Positions 28,844-39,015 of a stretch of DNA of 64,000 nt are shown here, one piece after another; the stretch's first letter is position 1, and each line of letters opens with the position of its first letter. The position numbers were made by a program, and so were the translations under genes. The stretch is from Flavobacteriales bacterium. Lineage in GTDB: Bacteria > Bacteroidota > Bacteroidia > Palsa-965. Under the pieces are notes generated by a model. The model was not told the origin of the DNA and did not search any database. It saw only the letters and a list, made by a program, of their open reading frames with translations. The DNA lies in NCBI GenBank assembly GCA_040377305.1, contig JBEIPA010000006.1, forward strand, positions 1 to 64,000. Reading direction: 5' to 3'.

Positions 28844-30517
28844 CTACTCCTTAATAAACTTCCCGCCTCCCGTCAATTCCCCTTCGGAAAGCACTGAATA
28901 GAAATAAATTCCTGCAGCCAGTTCGCGACAGGAAATTGTTTGGTCCTATGTGGTCAACTGAATCCGCTTCACTTCCTCGCCAATGGAATTGTACATCACG
29001 AATATTTCGTTATCGCCTGGCAACATGGTAGAATGAACAACGAATTCCGAATTAGCGGGATTAGGAAACAACACCACATTTGCTTCAGCAATCGAATGCT
29101 CTTCATCAACACCAACCGGTGGCAGAAACGGATGACAAATCGTATCAGTTGCAACCAGTGCTGAAAGAATCGGCATGTAGTACACAACCGACTGATTGGC
29201 GAAATCGAAGTAATCATAAATCTTACCATCGACAAACGTTGTACTGCTGCTGCCCCAATAATTTCCGCCGACAAACAAATTCGGTGAACCATACGGAATG
29301 TTGTTGTTCAGTTCATACTGGCAGAGCGGATTGATAAAAGAATTTCCGCTCATGTACATGAAATCGAATGAAGGATCGTTGGTTTGCGGACCCAGCAACA
29401 TCATGAAATTAACACCGTCATTCTCTGAGAAGGTATTGTTGTATATCTGCAAAGACCTTACGGTTCCCGATAGCGTGTGATCAATGTGACAGCATGAGTT
29501 TCCCGGCGATGAATTGTGACGGATCGTGTTGTCGGAAATAAACATAGTATCATAACCTCCGACTCCAAGCAGAAAAACAGATGGTCCTGATGCATTGCTA
29601 TTGTATTCAATGAGGTTGTTGTGAATCAATCCTGAACCAAACGGATTCGCTCCGTCGTTCCAGTGAATCGCAGGTCCGTTCATGTTATTCCGGAACTTGC
29701 AGCAAATGATGGTATCGCATTCGCCTTGCAATGCGACAACCGCAGGACCGTTATTATTGAGAAATGCACTGTTCCTGATCGTAATGTGATGAAGTCCGTT
29801 GTTCTGCCAGCTCAGCGCTCCGTAGTTCAATCTGAAATATGAATCGATTATCAGAGACTGCAGACCATCATAACTCTGAAGCACGTGAATGGCTCCTTCC
29901 AGATTCGAAACGAATGTATCATTGCGCAATGTAAAATGTCCGCCCTGGTAATAGATTCCACGTTTAGGAAAATTACCAATACGTGTTGAATCAACCGTCA
30001 GATGAACGCCATTGAAATTGATGCCGCACCATGAACCATCTGTAATTCTGCAATGATTAATGTAAGGAGAACACTGTTGTATATCGACCGAGCCCCACAT
30101 CAAAGAACCACCGTACTGCACGTCGCAATACTTCAGGATTGTTCCGGAAATATAATTTCCCTGTGCATTATAAACTGCATCGGTGGAAAAATCTGAGAAG
30201 TGCAGCTTCGCCCAGTCTCCTGGCTGAGGATTCACTTGATTCGATGTGAAAACAATTCGCTGCGAAGGTGTTCCGATTGCAATGAGTTCTCCATCGATCT
30301 GCAGCGCTTTGTTGCTGTCAAATTTCACAACTACTCCCGGATCGATCGTCAAAGTAAAGCCTTGCGACAATAACGCGTTACCCGTAACGATGTACGGAGA
30401 ACCCGCGAGCGTCCACGTGGTATTCGCATTGATGAATCCGCTCACGTTGGTTTGTGCGGATGCAGCATGTGCACATAGAATGAGAAACACGGAGAAAATG
30501 GAGTACAGGTTTTTCAT
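28844..30517 (-). pseudogene. T9SS parallel beta-helix protein with an in-frame TAG inside its CTD
   Basis: The ORF stops at 28946..28948, but the frame continues DQTISCRELAAGIYFYSVLSEGELTGGGKFIKE* to 28844, completing a type A CTD. Confidence 0.75.
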
Positions 30518-30678
30518 GACGATGATATGACCAGTACAAGTTACGGAGATCCGTTGTATGCGAGCATCGAAATCGAAGCGTCCTTACGTGTTCAGTAATC
30601 CCTGGCTGCGCAATACAACTTCCGCAACAGATCATGCACTAAAATCACGTTGATTTAACGCGATACGAATAGCCGATC

Positions 30679-30993
30679 TTAACGAAACTGCTGAATGATT
30701 CTTTCGAGCTCTGCTGCACGCACAACTCCAGATTGACGCCATTTCACCTCGCCTTTCCGGAAAAGAATCAAAGTTGGAACTCCACGAATTCCATACGCGC
30801 CCGACACGGCAGGATTCTGATCTACATCCACTTTAATAATGGTTGCTGCATCTCCTACCCTGCTCTTCAATTCCTGAAGTTCCGGAGCCATCATTTTGCA
30901 AGGTCCGCACCACTCTGCATAGAAATCTACCAGCACCGGTTTATCCTGTCCGATAACCTTCGCGAACGCATTTGACTTATCATTCGTTTCCAT
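30679..30993 (-). CDS. trxA: Thioredoxin
   Basis: WCGPC active site and GVPTLILF. Confidence 0.93.
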   Translation of the reverse strand: METNDKSNAFAKVIGQDKPVLVDFYAEWCGPCKMMAPELQELKSRVGDAATIIKVDVDQNPAVSGAYGIRGVPTLILFRKGEVKWRQSGVVRAAELERIIQQFR

Positions 30994-31249
30994 GTGGCTT
31001 CTCCTTTACTTCTTCAAAACTTATTTTTTCGTAACCCCCGCGTCCTTTGGATTCCGGTGTTTCACATGATCCGCCAAAACAATTTCCTGCAGCACATCCA
31101 AACCCAAATACGCCCATCGACGTGAAATACACACCAAATAGCATTCCAATCCACGAATGGATCGTATACGACTGCGCTACTACTGCAATACCTGCCACCG
31201 TGTACAACACACGGATCACTGTCCAACCCTTCAGGATTCTGTCTTTCAT
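30980..31249 (-). CDS. Small membrane protein with Cys-rich tail (DUF2892-like)
   Basis: Two TM helices then GCAAGNCFGGSC. Start moved to MKDRIL. Overlaps the trxA start. Confidence 0.65.
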   Translation of the reverse strand: MKDRILKGWTVIRVLYTVAGIAVVAQSYTIHSWIGMLFGVYFTSMGVFGFGCAAGNCFGGSCETPESKGRGGYEKISFEEVKEKPHGNE

Positions 31250-31348
31250 TTCTGTTGTGTTTACTACACGGAATAATTCGTAATCACTGTTACGGAATAC
31301 TACGTGCGATTTACGTAGCAAAGTTCGGAAAAGCATAGGGTCTGGTCT

Positions 31349-31362
31349 GTAACAAATGTTAC
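31349..31362. promoter_or_regulatory. Possible transcription-factor palindrome (Crp/Fnr-like spacing)
   Basis: GTAAC-AAAT-GTTAC about 100 nt upstream of the membrane protein-trxA pair. Confidence 0.35.
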
Positions 31363-31492
31363 TTGTCTGATCGTACCAGACAAAAACAGCGTGTTTCCGG
31401 CAATAACACAACCTATCTCCTGCCAATTTTTGTTACTTCCTTATCGCGAAGCGCAGGTAAGCCACAATGCAGGTTCGGCGGATGAACAAAAA

Positions 31493-31906
31493 CTACTCCT
31501 TAGTTGCGCAATACAACTTCCACAACACATCATGTTCCGCCACAAAATCATTCTCAGACAACGTCGCTTCATCAAACCATTTCAGTTCTGCAATATCATC
31601 CGATGCAACGGGCTCTCCGTTCCATTCTTCTGCGAGAAATAAATGTGTAATAATGCAATGTTCTGTTCCGCGATAACGTGGATCGTCAATACGTGTAGAG
31701 CCGAGATACTTCACTGACTTCACAATCAGATTCGATTCTTCCTTCGCTTCGCGCTTTGCGGCGTCTTCGTACGAATTGTCGAGAGCAGGATCGGCGAATC
31801 CTCCGAGGAAACGGAATTTGTTTTGCTTTGCTTTACGACCGAGAAGTAGTTTGTTGCCTTTTCGGATGATGACATCGACGGTGGCGAAGACGGTTGGGTA
31901 GTTCAT
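31493..31906 (-). CDS. NUDIX hydrolase
   Basis: GGFAD...SYEDAAKREAKEESNL Nudix box and ASDD motif. Start at MNYPTV. Confidence 0.9.
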   Translation of the reverse strand: MNYPTVFATVDVIIRKGNKLLLGRKAKQNKFRFLGGFADPALDNSYEDAAKREAKEESNLIVKSVKYLGSTRIDDPRYRGTEHCIITHLFLAEEWNGEPVASDDIAELKWFDEATLSENDFVAEHDVLWKLYCATKE

Positions 31907-31968
31907 ATTGAAATGTAGTTCGTGTATTATTACTGTTGCATCGTAGTCCAAATCTGGTCTTTCGATTA

Positions 31969-33246
31969 CTACTTCACCACCGCGTAATAACTGCCCAGGC
32001 GGTGCAACAGCTGAAGAACTGATAACCATACGATGATCTCAACAATTCCTGCGGGACTTATATGCGGAGTTGTTGCTTCGATCACAGCGTCATTAACTTC
32101 CGCCGGACTAGGGGCTGCAGTTCTCGCGAGAAGCAGTACCGCTGCACCTTTTTCAGATATACCAGAATGCTTTCTGATTGATGCCATCCATTCCTTGCAT
32201 CTGCTTACGTCGGTTGGTACATCCTGTCGTGCTATCTGATCAAGCGTGTCGAAAACTTCTTCCCCCGGTTGTGGAGTATAATTCACACTCATGCTTCGGA
32301 TTTCCGCAGCCAGTTTATCGTTCTGAACTACTCTCGAAAAAACATATCCCGAAAGATTCTTTGTAGCTAGTCCGACGTCGGTTGTGTCAGCATTCAGATT
32401 ATCGCGAAGAACTGTGGTCAACGCCAGCACAACTCTCGGTTGTACAATATTCTTCAGAATCGGAAAATCATGGTTCGTCTTTTCTTTAAGATACTCCGTC
32501 GCTTGCGCGTACTTGTCAGGAACACCTTTCGTCCACTTTTTTTCCAAACGGATCGCGCCAGGTGCTTGTCTGATTACCCGCAGGTACGTCATGAACGTAT
32601 CAGATTTCAGTGTTGACTTCTCAGTAACTTTATATTCACCGTTCACGTGCTTGCCCGCTTTCCACCCGGTTTTCGAAATAAGATCTGCCGTATCATTAAT
32701 CGCTTCCTGCTCCAATTCAACTCCGATTGCATCCATAAATTTATTCAGGAAACCCATCATGCTAATTGAGTAGACGATCTGTTCCACTTCCGCTGGAGAG
32801 AAATATTGAGCCATGGATTTACAGTGCGCCAAAGTAAGTTCAACAGGCACGCGCGATAAAGCTTCGGCCATCGCAACAACTGCTTCTTCCTTCGCTGTAC
32901 GTTTGCCTGCAATCGCTTCTGGTGTTGCTCCTCTTCTCAAGGCAAAAGAACACGTGTGTGCCGAGCAGTACGGACACTCAGCCGCTCTGCTGGATGTGTA
33001 CATCGCAAGACCCATCGCTGCTTTAAAAGATTTCCTGCCAAAAATTGTATTCGGCAAGTTGAACATATTCGGCACAAGGATATTGTATGTTCTGAAACCT
33101 GTCGGCCATATTTCTAAAATCGGATCACACGCCGGCACCACACCAATCAACTCTTTCACCAGCGCCAACATGGGATGATAATATTTGTGCAGCGTTTCAA
33201 AATTTACCGATGCTGATTTTAGACTACTTGCGAGTGTGTGGGTCAT
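31969..33246 (-). CDS. AhpD/carboxymuconolactone decarboxylase-like protein
   Basis: SRAAECPYCSAH CxxC motif and a duplicated all-helical architecture. Confidence 0.65.
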   Translation of the reverse strand: MTHTLASSLKSASVNFETLHKYYHPMLALVKELIGVVPACDPILEIWPTGFRTYNILVPNMFNLPNTIFGRKSFKAAMGLAMYTSSRAAECPYCSAHTCSFALRRGATPEAIAGKRTAKEEAVVAMAEALSRVPVELTLAHCKSMAQYFSPAEVEQIVYSISMMGFLNKFMDAIGVELEQEAINDTADLISKTGWKAGKHVNGEYKVTEKSTLKSDTFMTYLRVIRQAPGAIRLEKKWTKGVPDKYAQATEYLKEKTNHDFPILKNIVQPRVVLALTTVLRDNLNADTTDVGLATKNLSGYVFSRVVQNDKLAAEIRSMSVNYTPQPGEEVFDTLDQIARQDVPTDVSRCKEWMASIRKHSGISEKGAAVLLLARTAAPSPAEVNDAVIEATTPHISPAGIVEIIVWLSVLQLLHRLGSYYAVVK

Positions 33247-33439
33247 GTAGACTGTTTTTCTTTTATATTCTTTCGGACAACGACATCGCTGCTACTAAGA
33301 CGCGTATGCATTGCAGCACATGTGTTGGAAAGTTAAGAAATTCCAGACTTGTAAATTGATATACGCTGAATTCAGGGTTCAGCACACATGGCTGAAGTGC
33401 CGATCAGAATTACATCATACATGTTGATCGAATACACAC

Positions 33440-33865
33440 TCATTCGGAAGCCATAAGCCCAAATCGAATTGCCTCTTTCAGCACTTCAATCTTTATATCC
33501 TTCAACGTTTTGAAAGCAATACAATATCCGGTCACTTTCGCTTTGCCTATTTTCTTGCCATACGCATTCTGCAAATGTTTTTTGTCGGCCAGACCAATAA
33601 TGTAAACTGAGATTCCGCTTTTTCCGGCAGCAAATCCAACGCGATAAAACGCTCTGGTTTTTCCACCGGCAAGTTGCATCGTTTGCTCTCCGTAACCAAT
33701 ATTTGGATTAGTCACTTGTTTGCCCTGCTCGTTCTTGCCATCGAGAAACCACAACTTACTTTTTGGAGAAAGCTTAACTGCAAGCTCGTGCAAGGTCTGC
33801 ATGTCGGCACGCTGCGCGTCGGGAAGACTGGCAATATGTTCTTTGATTTGAGCTTTTACGGTCAT
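33440..33865 (-). CDS. DUF1801 domain protein
   Basis: IKEHIASLP..QRADMQ.LH, IGYG and KIGKAKVTGYCI motifs. Confidence 0.85.
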   Translation of the reverse strand: MTVKAQIKEHIASLPDAQRADMQTLHELAVKLSPKSKLWFLDGKNEQGKQVTNPNIGYGEQTMQLAGGKTRAFYRVGFAAGKSGISVYIIGLADKKHLQNAYGKKIGKAKVTGYCIAFKTLKDIKIEVLKEAIRFGLMASE

Positions 33866-33941
33866 AGATCTTGAAAATTCAAATTGTTTCACTTGTTCGT
33901 AGTAATCGTGCCAGTGTTTCGTACTTGACGGCTCTGCCGTC

Positions 33942-34046
33942 TTGCCACAGATTCGCAGATTTCTCAGATTACGCAAATTGTTTTTTTGCCTTACGGCTCA
34001 AACATTTTAATCTGAGAAATCAGGGTAATCTGCGAATCTGTGGCAA
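33942..34046. repeat. 8/9-mer periodic (CAGATT) inverted-repeat element
   Basis: Perfect 20-bp arms TTGCCACAGATTCGCAGATT and AATCTGCGAATCTGTGGCAA. Confidence 0.85.
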
Positions 34047-34087
34047 AGCGCCTTTAGGCGCAACTGCATGGTGCTTTAGAAGTGCAA

Positions 34088-34588
34088 TTATTTCCCAGTC
34101 AAATCCCTCAGCAACTCATCAAGGCTATTCAACGTCATCTTGAATCCTTCGGTGAAGCCCATTGCAAGTTGTTTCTCCATACGTTCCAGTGATTCATTGT
34201 AAATGGAAATACGCACAGTGGTCTTTCCGTTTTGTTCACTGAACGTGTGATCCCAATCCGATCCCGGTAATTCCATATTTTCATTCTCATCTGCAAACGC
34301 ATTGAGAAATTTGAAATTGGTTTTCGGTGTGATAGAAGTGTACTTCTGCACTGCCCACTTCAGAACCACTCCGTCCGGACCTACCATCGCATAAAATCTT
34401 CGTCCGCCTTCTTCGAAATTCAAAACTTTTGTTCTCGATGTAAATGGTTTCGGCGCCCACCACTGATCCAGAATTTCAGCTACGGTAAAGGCATCCCACA
34501 CGAGTGAAAGTTCTGCATCGAATTCTCTGGTAATGTTTACCGTTTGTTTTGCTTTGTCGACGGTGAAATCGAATAATAGATTGTTCAT
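34088..34588 (-). CDS. SRPBCC (AHSA1-like) protein
   Basis: ITREFDA..VWDAFT..LDQWWAP and MGFTEG motifs. Confidence 0.9.
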   Translation of the reverse strand: MNNLLFDFTVDKAKQTVNITREFDAELSLVWDAFTVAEILDQWWAPKPFTSRTKVLNFEEGGRRFYAMVGPDGVVLKWAVQKYTSITPKTNFKFLNAFADENENMELPGSDWDHTFSEQNGKTTVRISIYNESLERMEKQLAMGFTEGFKMTLNSLDELLRDLTGK

Positions 34589-34618
34589 CTGTTGTTGTTT
34601 TAATCGCTTCGCGATTGC

Positions 34619-34773
34619 TTCACCACGGAGACACGGCGAGCACGGCGAATTGTTTGTTATTGTTTTTTTTATCGATCCGCGATTGGTTTACCAAGGAGGC
34701 ACGGCGAGCACGGCATTCTGTTATTTGTACGTCTAACACCTTTAAAATCTTTCGCCGTGCTCGCCGTGGTAAA
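34619..34773. repeat. CACGGCGAG 9-mer family element (two left arms, one right arm)
   Basis: Arms at 34619..34649 and 34689..34715, with an inverted arm at 34751..34773. Confidence 0.85.
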
Positions 34774-34806
34774 GCTTCGCCATCGGCGACGCCAAGCATC
34801 AGCCGT

Positions 34807-35301
34807 CTATTTTTTGGCCAGCATCTTGTCGAGATTTTCCATCGCCATCTGCAACCCTTCTTTGAAGCCCATCGCAATCGTTGCCTCCAACTGCGCGAGA
34901 TCTGGAAACACCATGATGCCGTGCACGAGCGTGTTCTCTCCCATGTCCGTGAAATTCATCGTCCACTTTGATTGTGGTAGAGCCGGATTAATATTTCCAT
35001 CTGCGTCACCAAACGCGTCATCGGCAAGAAACAACTTCTGTGGTTCAATCTTCACATAGCTGGCTATTGCCCAGTGCTCTTCACCATTCGGCCCTACGGC
35101 AGCATAATGCCATCTACCGCCTTCACGAAAGTCCATACTTTTTGTGCGCGACTTCCAGGGATGCGGCATCCACCACTGATCGAGAAGTTCTGATTTCGTG
35201 TAACAATCCCAAACCGTCGGGCGGTCAGCCGCGAATTCGCGCTTGATGTTGATCGTGTTCGTTGTTTTGTCGACCGTGAAGTCGGAGAATAAGTTTTTCA
35301 T
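34807..35301 (-). CDS. SRPBCC (AHSA1-like) protein
   Basis: IKREFAA..VWDCYT..LDQWW and MGFKEG motifs. Paralogue of 34088..34588. Confidence 0.9.
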   Translation of the reverse strand: MKNLFSDFTVDKTTNTINIKREFAADRPTVWDCYTKSELLDQWWMPHPWKSRTKSMDFREGGRWHYAAVGPNGEEHWAIASYVKIEPQKLFLADDAFGDADGNINPALPQSKWTMNFTDMGENTLVHGIMVFPDLAQLEATIAMGFKEGLQMAMENLDKMLAKK

Positions 35302-35335
35302 GTTGTTTTGTTTTCTGATTGCTTCGCAATTGCTC

Positions 35336-35493
35336 TACCACGGCGACACGGCGAGCACGGCGATTTTATTTGTTTGCCTTCTATTTTCAATTCGTAATTG
35401 TACAATCACCTCTGCACACAAGTACAGAGTACTATTTGTTCTCCCTTAAATATTTAACCCTTTTCGCCGTGCTCGCCGTGGCACCGTGGTAAA
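35336..35493. repeat. CACGGCGAG 9-mer family element (complete inverted pair)
   Basis: TACCACGGCGACACGGCGAGCACGGCGA faces TTCGCCGTGCTCGCCGTGGCACCGTGGTAAA across an AT-rich spacer. Confidence 0.85.
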
Positions 35494-35515
35494 GCCTGAG
35501 CAGCGCGAAGAGAGT

Positions 35516-35836
35516 TCATCGCTTTTGTTTCTTAATGGTAGCAAGTACTTTGTCTAATTGATTAAATCGATCTTCCCATATCTTTCTGAATTGCTCCAGC
35601 CATTTATCTACTTCTTTCATTTTTTTGATCTCGAGCTCGTAATAAATCTCTCGCCCTTCCTGCTTCGGCTTTACCAATTCACATTCGGTCAGTATTCTCA
35701 GGTGCTTCGAGATAGCCTGCCGTGTCGTGTCGAAATGTTCTGCAATAGCATTAGGCGTCATTGCTTGTAACGCGATGAGTGTAATGATTGCCCTGCGTGT
35801 CGGATCGGCAATGGCCTGAAAAACGTCTCTTCTCAT
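35516..35836 (-). CDS. ArsR/SmtB family regulator
   Basis: [24 protein letters not shown] and GREIYY motifs. Confidence 0.93.
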   Translation of the reverse strand: MRRDVFQAIADPTRRAIITLIALQAMTPNAIAEHFDTTRQAISKHLRILTECELVKPKQEGREIYYELEIKKMKEVDKWLEQFRKIWEDRFNQLDKVLATIKKQKR

Positions 35837-35849
35837 TGGTGTTTGGTTA

Positions 35850-35905
35850 TATGCGCAACCATTTGATTGCAAATATATGCGCAACTAATCGGTTTCGCAA
35901 ATATA
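35850..35905 (-). promoter_or_regulatory. Tandem operator-like palindromes overlapping a -7 promoter (ArsR autoregulation)
   Basis: TGCGCAACCATTTGATTGCA and TGCGCAACTAATCGGTTTCGCA, with minus-strand TATATTTG at about 35898..35905. Confidence 0.65.
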
Positions 35906-36039
35906 TTTCATGAAATTTTGGAAAAATGGGGATTTGATTTGAATTCCGTCCTTTACATTCTGCAAATCAGCATATCAACTAATCTGCAAATCAACTAATC
36001 AAAAGCCGGGATCTCGTTCTCACTATCATTTTCCTCTGT

Positions 36040-36594
36040 TCATCGTGCTGCCGACTGGTAATACATCACCACCGCTCCACACCGCAACGTTTTTGTCTTC
36101 AGCAATTTCAAATCCACCTGTTCCGTAATATTCTTAAACAAGGTCAATCCTTTCCCCAGAATCACCGGGTGAATCATCAGTTGGTATTCATCCACCAAGT
36201 TGAGTTTGGTGAAGGCAACGATCATGCTTGGACTACCTACCATGATATCTTTACCTGTCTGTTGCTTAAGCTCCAGAATCTCCTCTTTGACCAGTTCATT
36301 TTTCAATGTAGAATTCTTCCACGCTACATTCTTCAGTGTACGTGAGTAAACAATTTTTGGAATGTTGTCGATCAGCACTGCAAATTCATCACTGGTCTTG
36401 ATGCCGCTTGGTTCTTCTACCAGCTTTGGCCAGTAGCTTTCCATCATCTGGAACGTTGTCCTTCCGTAGATGAGCGTGCCTGCACTACTCAATAAATCAT
36501 TGTAGTGCTGGTGTGTTTCATCGTCAACGATCCCTGCGGTGTGATCACAGAAACCATCGAGGGTCATATTCATTGCTGCAATTACTTTTCTCAT
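36040..36594 (-). CDS. Dihydrofolate reductase-like (RibD C-terminal) protein
   Basis: MTLDGF, GRTTFQMM, KIVYSRTL and LVDEY...PVILGKG motifs. Confidence 0.9.
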   Translation of the reverse strand: MRKVIAAMNMTLDGFCDHTAGIVDDETHQHYNDLLSSAGTLIYGRTTFQMMESYWPKLVEEPSGIKTSDEFAVLIDNIPKIVYSRTLKNVAWKNSTLKNELVKEEILELKQQTGKDIMVGSPSMIVAFTKLNLVDEYQLMIHPVILGKGLTLFKNITEQVDLKLLKTKTLRCGAVVMYYQSAAR

Positions 36595-36606
36595 CGCGTT
36601 CCGTAA

Positions 36607-37370
36607 TTAATTCCAAATCTCATTCATCTCTGTCAATATGATCGGCTTTCCATCCGTCACGACAATCGTATGTTCATGTTGCGCCATAAACCCTCCTTTA
36701 TCTCCAACCATGGTCCAACCGTCACTAATCGTTTCAGCATAAGTAGATTTTGTGGAGATAAACGTTTCAATCGCAACAACAGAGTTTTTCTTAAAGCGCG
36801 TCGTATTAAACCGGTCTTTGTAATTCGCAATTTCGCTGGGCTCTTCGTGAAGACTTCTTCCGATTCCGTGACCGGTCAGATTCTTGATCACTTTGTAACC
36901 ACGTTTTTTTGCTTCCGTTTCTATCAGATGACCAATGTCGGAAATGCGAACACCGCCTTTGATACTGAAGATGGCTTTGTGAAGAATCTCTTTCGAAGCC
37001 TCAATGAGTTTCTGGTGTTGATTGATGTCTTCGCCTATCACAAAGAACCGCCGTTGTCCGACCAGAAACCATTCAGCTCGGCAGATACATCGATGTTGAT
37101 CAGGTCGCCTTCCTTCAGAATTCTTTTCTCCGACGGAATACCGTGACAAAATTCATTGTTCACACTGATGCACGTAAAGCCAGGAAACTTGTACGTCTCG
37201 TATGGTGCTGATTTTGCTCCGAGATCAGAAAGTATTTTGGCGCCGTAGTTGTCCAATTCCTTCGTGCTCATTCCGGGCTGAGCGAAGTTTCGCATTTCTT
37301 TCAAAGTCAAAGCAACTGCTTCGCTTGCTTTTTTCATTCCCGATAGTTCGGTGTCGTTGGTGATGGACAT
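36607..37370 (-). pseudogene. map: Type I methionine aminopeptidase, frameshifted
   Basis: The N-half (CISVN...HGIP...DVSA...SDNGGS) and C-half (FVIGED...GHGIG..LHEEP...AIE...QHEHT) are in different frames. Adding one T at 37042..37044 rejoins them. Confidence 0.85.
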
Positions 37371-37435
37371 GATACTGTGCGTCTCAATTATTAGCTGATC
37401 CAACTTTCTGTGTTGGGAGTACCAAATTAATGATT

Positions 37436-38431
37436 CTACTTCTCTAAAAAATCATTCAGCGGCTTTATAAACCGGTCAAACGATTCAATGTGCGGAAGAT
37501 GTCCAATATCATCCAGTTCCACCAATGTCGAATTGGGAATAGCCTTTTGTGTTTTCTTTCCCAATTCATTGTACAATCCCATTTTCGCCTGCATCTCTTT
37601 CGTTGCACGCTCTTTTCCGATTGCTGTTCTGTCCCGCGTGCCGATGATCAGCAGAGTCGGACATTTTATATTTCCAAACTCATACACTACAGGCTGAGTG
37701 AACACCATATCAGTCGTCAATGCCGCATTCCACGCAATGAGCGGATAATCTGCATGCAGTGTCCAGCCCGCCAAAAGATATAACCAACGATCATACTGCG
37801 GCTTCCAGTTGTTGTCGTAATAATATTTCAGCTGGTACGCGCGATAACTCTCCACGGTGTTCTTCAGTTCACTCTGGTAATTCGCGTCAATACTCTGATA
37901 GCTCGTCTGCACTTTGTAGTCCTCCAGACCGATTGGATTTTCAAGAATGAGTTTCTCCGTCATCTCCGGATACGACAATGCAAAACGCGTTGCCAGCATT
38001 CCGCCCATAGAATGACCGAGCACAATCACTTTGGTAAGTCTCAGACTGTCCAGAATAGATTTGATATTGAAAGCCAGCTGATGAAAACTGTATTGATAAT
38101 TCTGCGGCTTCGTCGATTTTCCAAAACCAATCTGATCCGGCGCGATGACACGATATCCTTTTGCATTCAGTGCAGCAATGGTCTGTTCCCAATACGCCGC
38201 GTTGAAATTCTTTCCGTGAAGCAACAGAACCGTTTTTCCGTTCGTCATGAGTGGAGCCACATCCATATACGCCATTCGCATCTGCTGACCCTGAGATTTG
38301 AACGCATGAAACTTCACCTCGAAAGGATAAGTCACGGTAGAAAGATCTTTGTCCAGCGCCGTTAATTTATCCTGGGAGAAACAAGGAATTGCCGTTACGA
38401 AAAAGAACAGCAGAAGAATATGGATTTTCAT
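37436..38431 (-). CDS. Exported alpha/beta hydrolase
   Basis: Signal peptide, LLHGKNF, GHSMGG nucleophile elbow and GHLPHIE. Confidence 0.9.
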   Translation of the reverse strand: MKIHILLLFFFVTAIPCFSQDKLTALDKDLSTVTYPFEVKFHAFKSQGQQMRMAYMDVAPLMTNGKTVLLLHGKNFNAAYWEQTIAALNAKGYRVIAPDQIGFGKSTKPQNYQYSFHQLAFNIKSILDSLRLTKVIVLGHSMGGMLATRFALSYPEMTEKLILENPIGLEDYKVQTSYQSIDANYQSELKNTVESYRAYQLKYYYDNNWKPQYDRWLYLLAGWTLHADYPLIAWNAALTTDMVFTQPVVYEFGNIKCPTLLIIGTRDRTAIGKERATKEMQAKMGLYNELGKKTQKAIPNSTLVELDDIGHLPHIESFDRFIKPLNDFLEK

Positions 38432-38605
38432 TGCGAAATGATTTCAGTTTGAATTTGAACGTGTGGATAATATCACTCGTTCATCACTCAAATTTCATTC
38501 CGGTTTGTATCAATCCAATTTGCTTTCACGTGACTTGGTCTATGAGAACGGCTCACTCACGCAGCGAGTGCATTATCCCCTAAACATGCTTATGATAACC
38601 GCGTC

Positions 38606-38625
38606 GTCCCGATAGCTATCGGGAC
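38606..38625. repeat. Perfect short palindrome TCCCGATAGCTATCGGGA (copy 1)
   Basis: An identical 18-mer occurs at 45695..45712. Confidence 0.8.
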
Positions 38626-38846
38626 GCGCGGATAGCAGAAGCAGGTTGGAACAGAATTTTGTCTTGATGACCAATCACCTCATGATTGGGAAGTGTTGCC
38701 TCGGGGAGTGAGAAATCGGTAATAGTTTTATTGAGAGAGGCAATGTGTTGCCGCATGGCAAAACTGATACTTAAGCTTCGCACTGCTTTAGAATTACTTC
38801 AACAGATCGATATTGATCGAAGAGTGGCTACGGTCTTTAATGTAGG

Positions 38847-39011
38847 TCACGCCGCAGAGCGACTTTTGCCTTTAGTTGTACTGCGTTTCTTACTGCGCCT
38901 TTTCAATTTTTGCGCCCGCATGATCTCTCTGAATTCTTCCACTTCCTTGTCCGACCATGGCTCTGACTTAATAATCAGGTCAACGTTTTTAGGTTCTTTG
39001 ATGAGTCCCAT
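38847..39011 (-). CDS. Small basic-tailed protein (54 aa), partner of the upstream GNAT-like gene
   Basis: ATG 4 nt after the upstream stop. MGLIKEPKNVDL... with an acidic middle and K/R-rich tail. Confidence 0.65.
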   Translation of the reverse strand: MGLIKEPKNVDLIIKSEPWSDKEVEEFREIMRAQKLKRRSKKRSTTKGKSRSAA

Positions 39012-39015
39012 GATT

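Noticed and set aside
28946-28948. Genome-wide TAG recoding or pyrrolysine
   Set aside because: TAG terminates many intact genes here (for example at 7277, 27358 and 54797) and no pyl genes are seen.
34619-35493. CACGGCGAG repeats as a CRISPR array
   Set aside because: Copies occur in both orientations, are irregularly spaced and are separated by whole genes.
38640-38846. Possible gene in the gap, including the 144-aa plus-strand ORF from 38686
   Set aside because: It has no recognisable features and overlaps the better-supported minus-strand gene pair.
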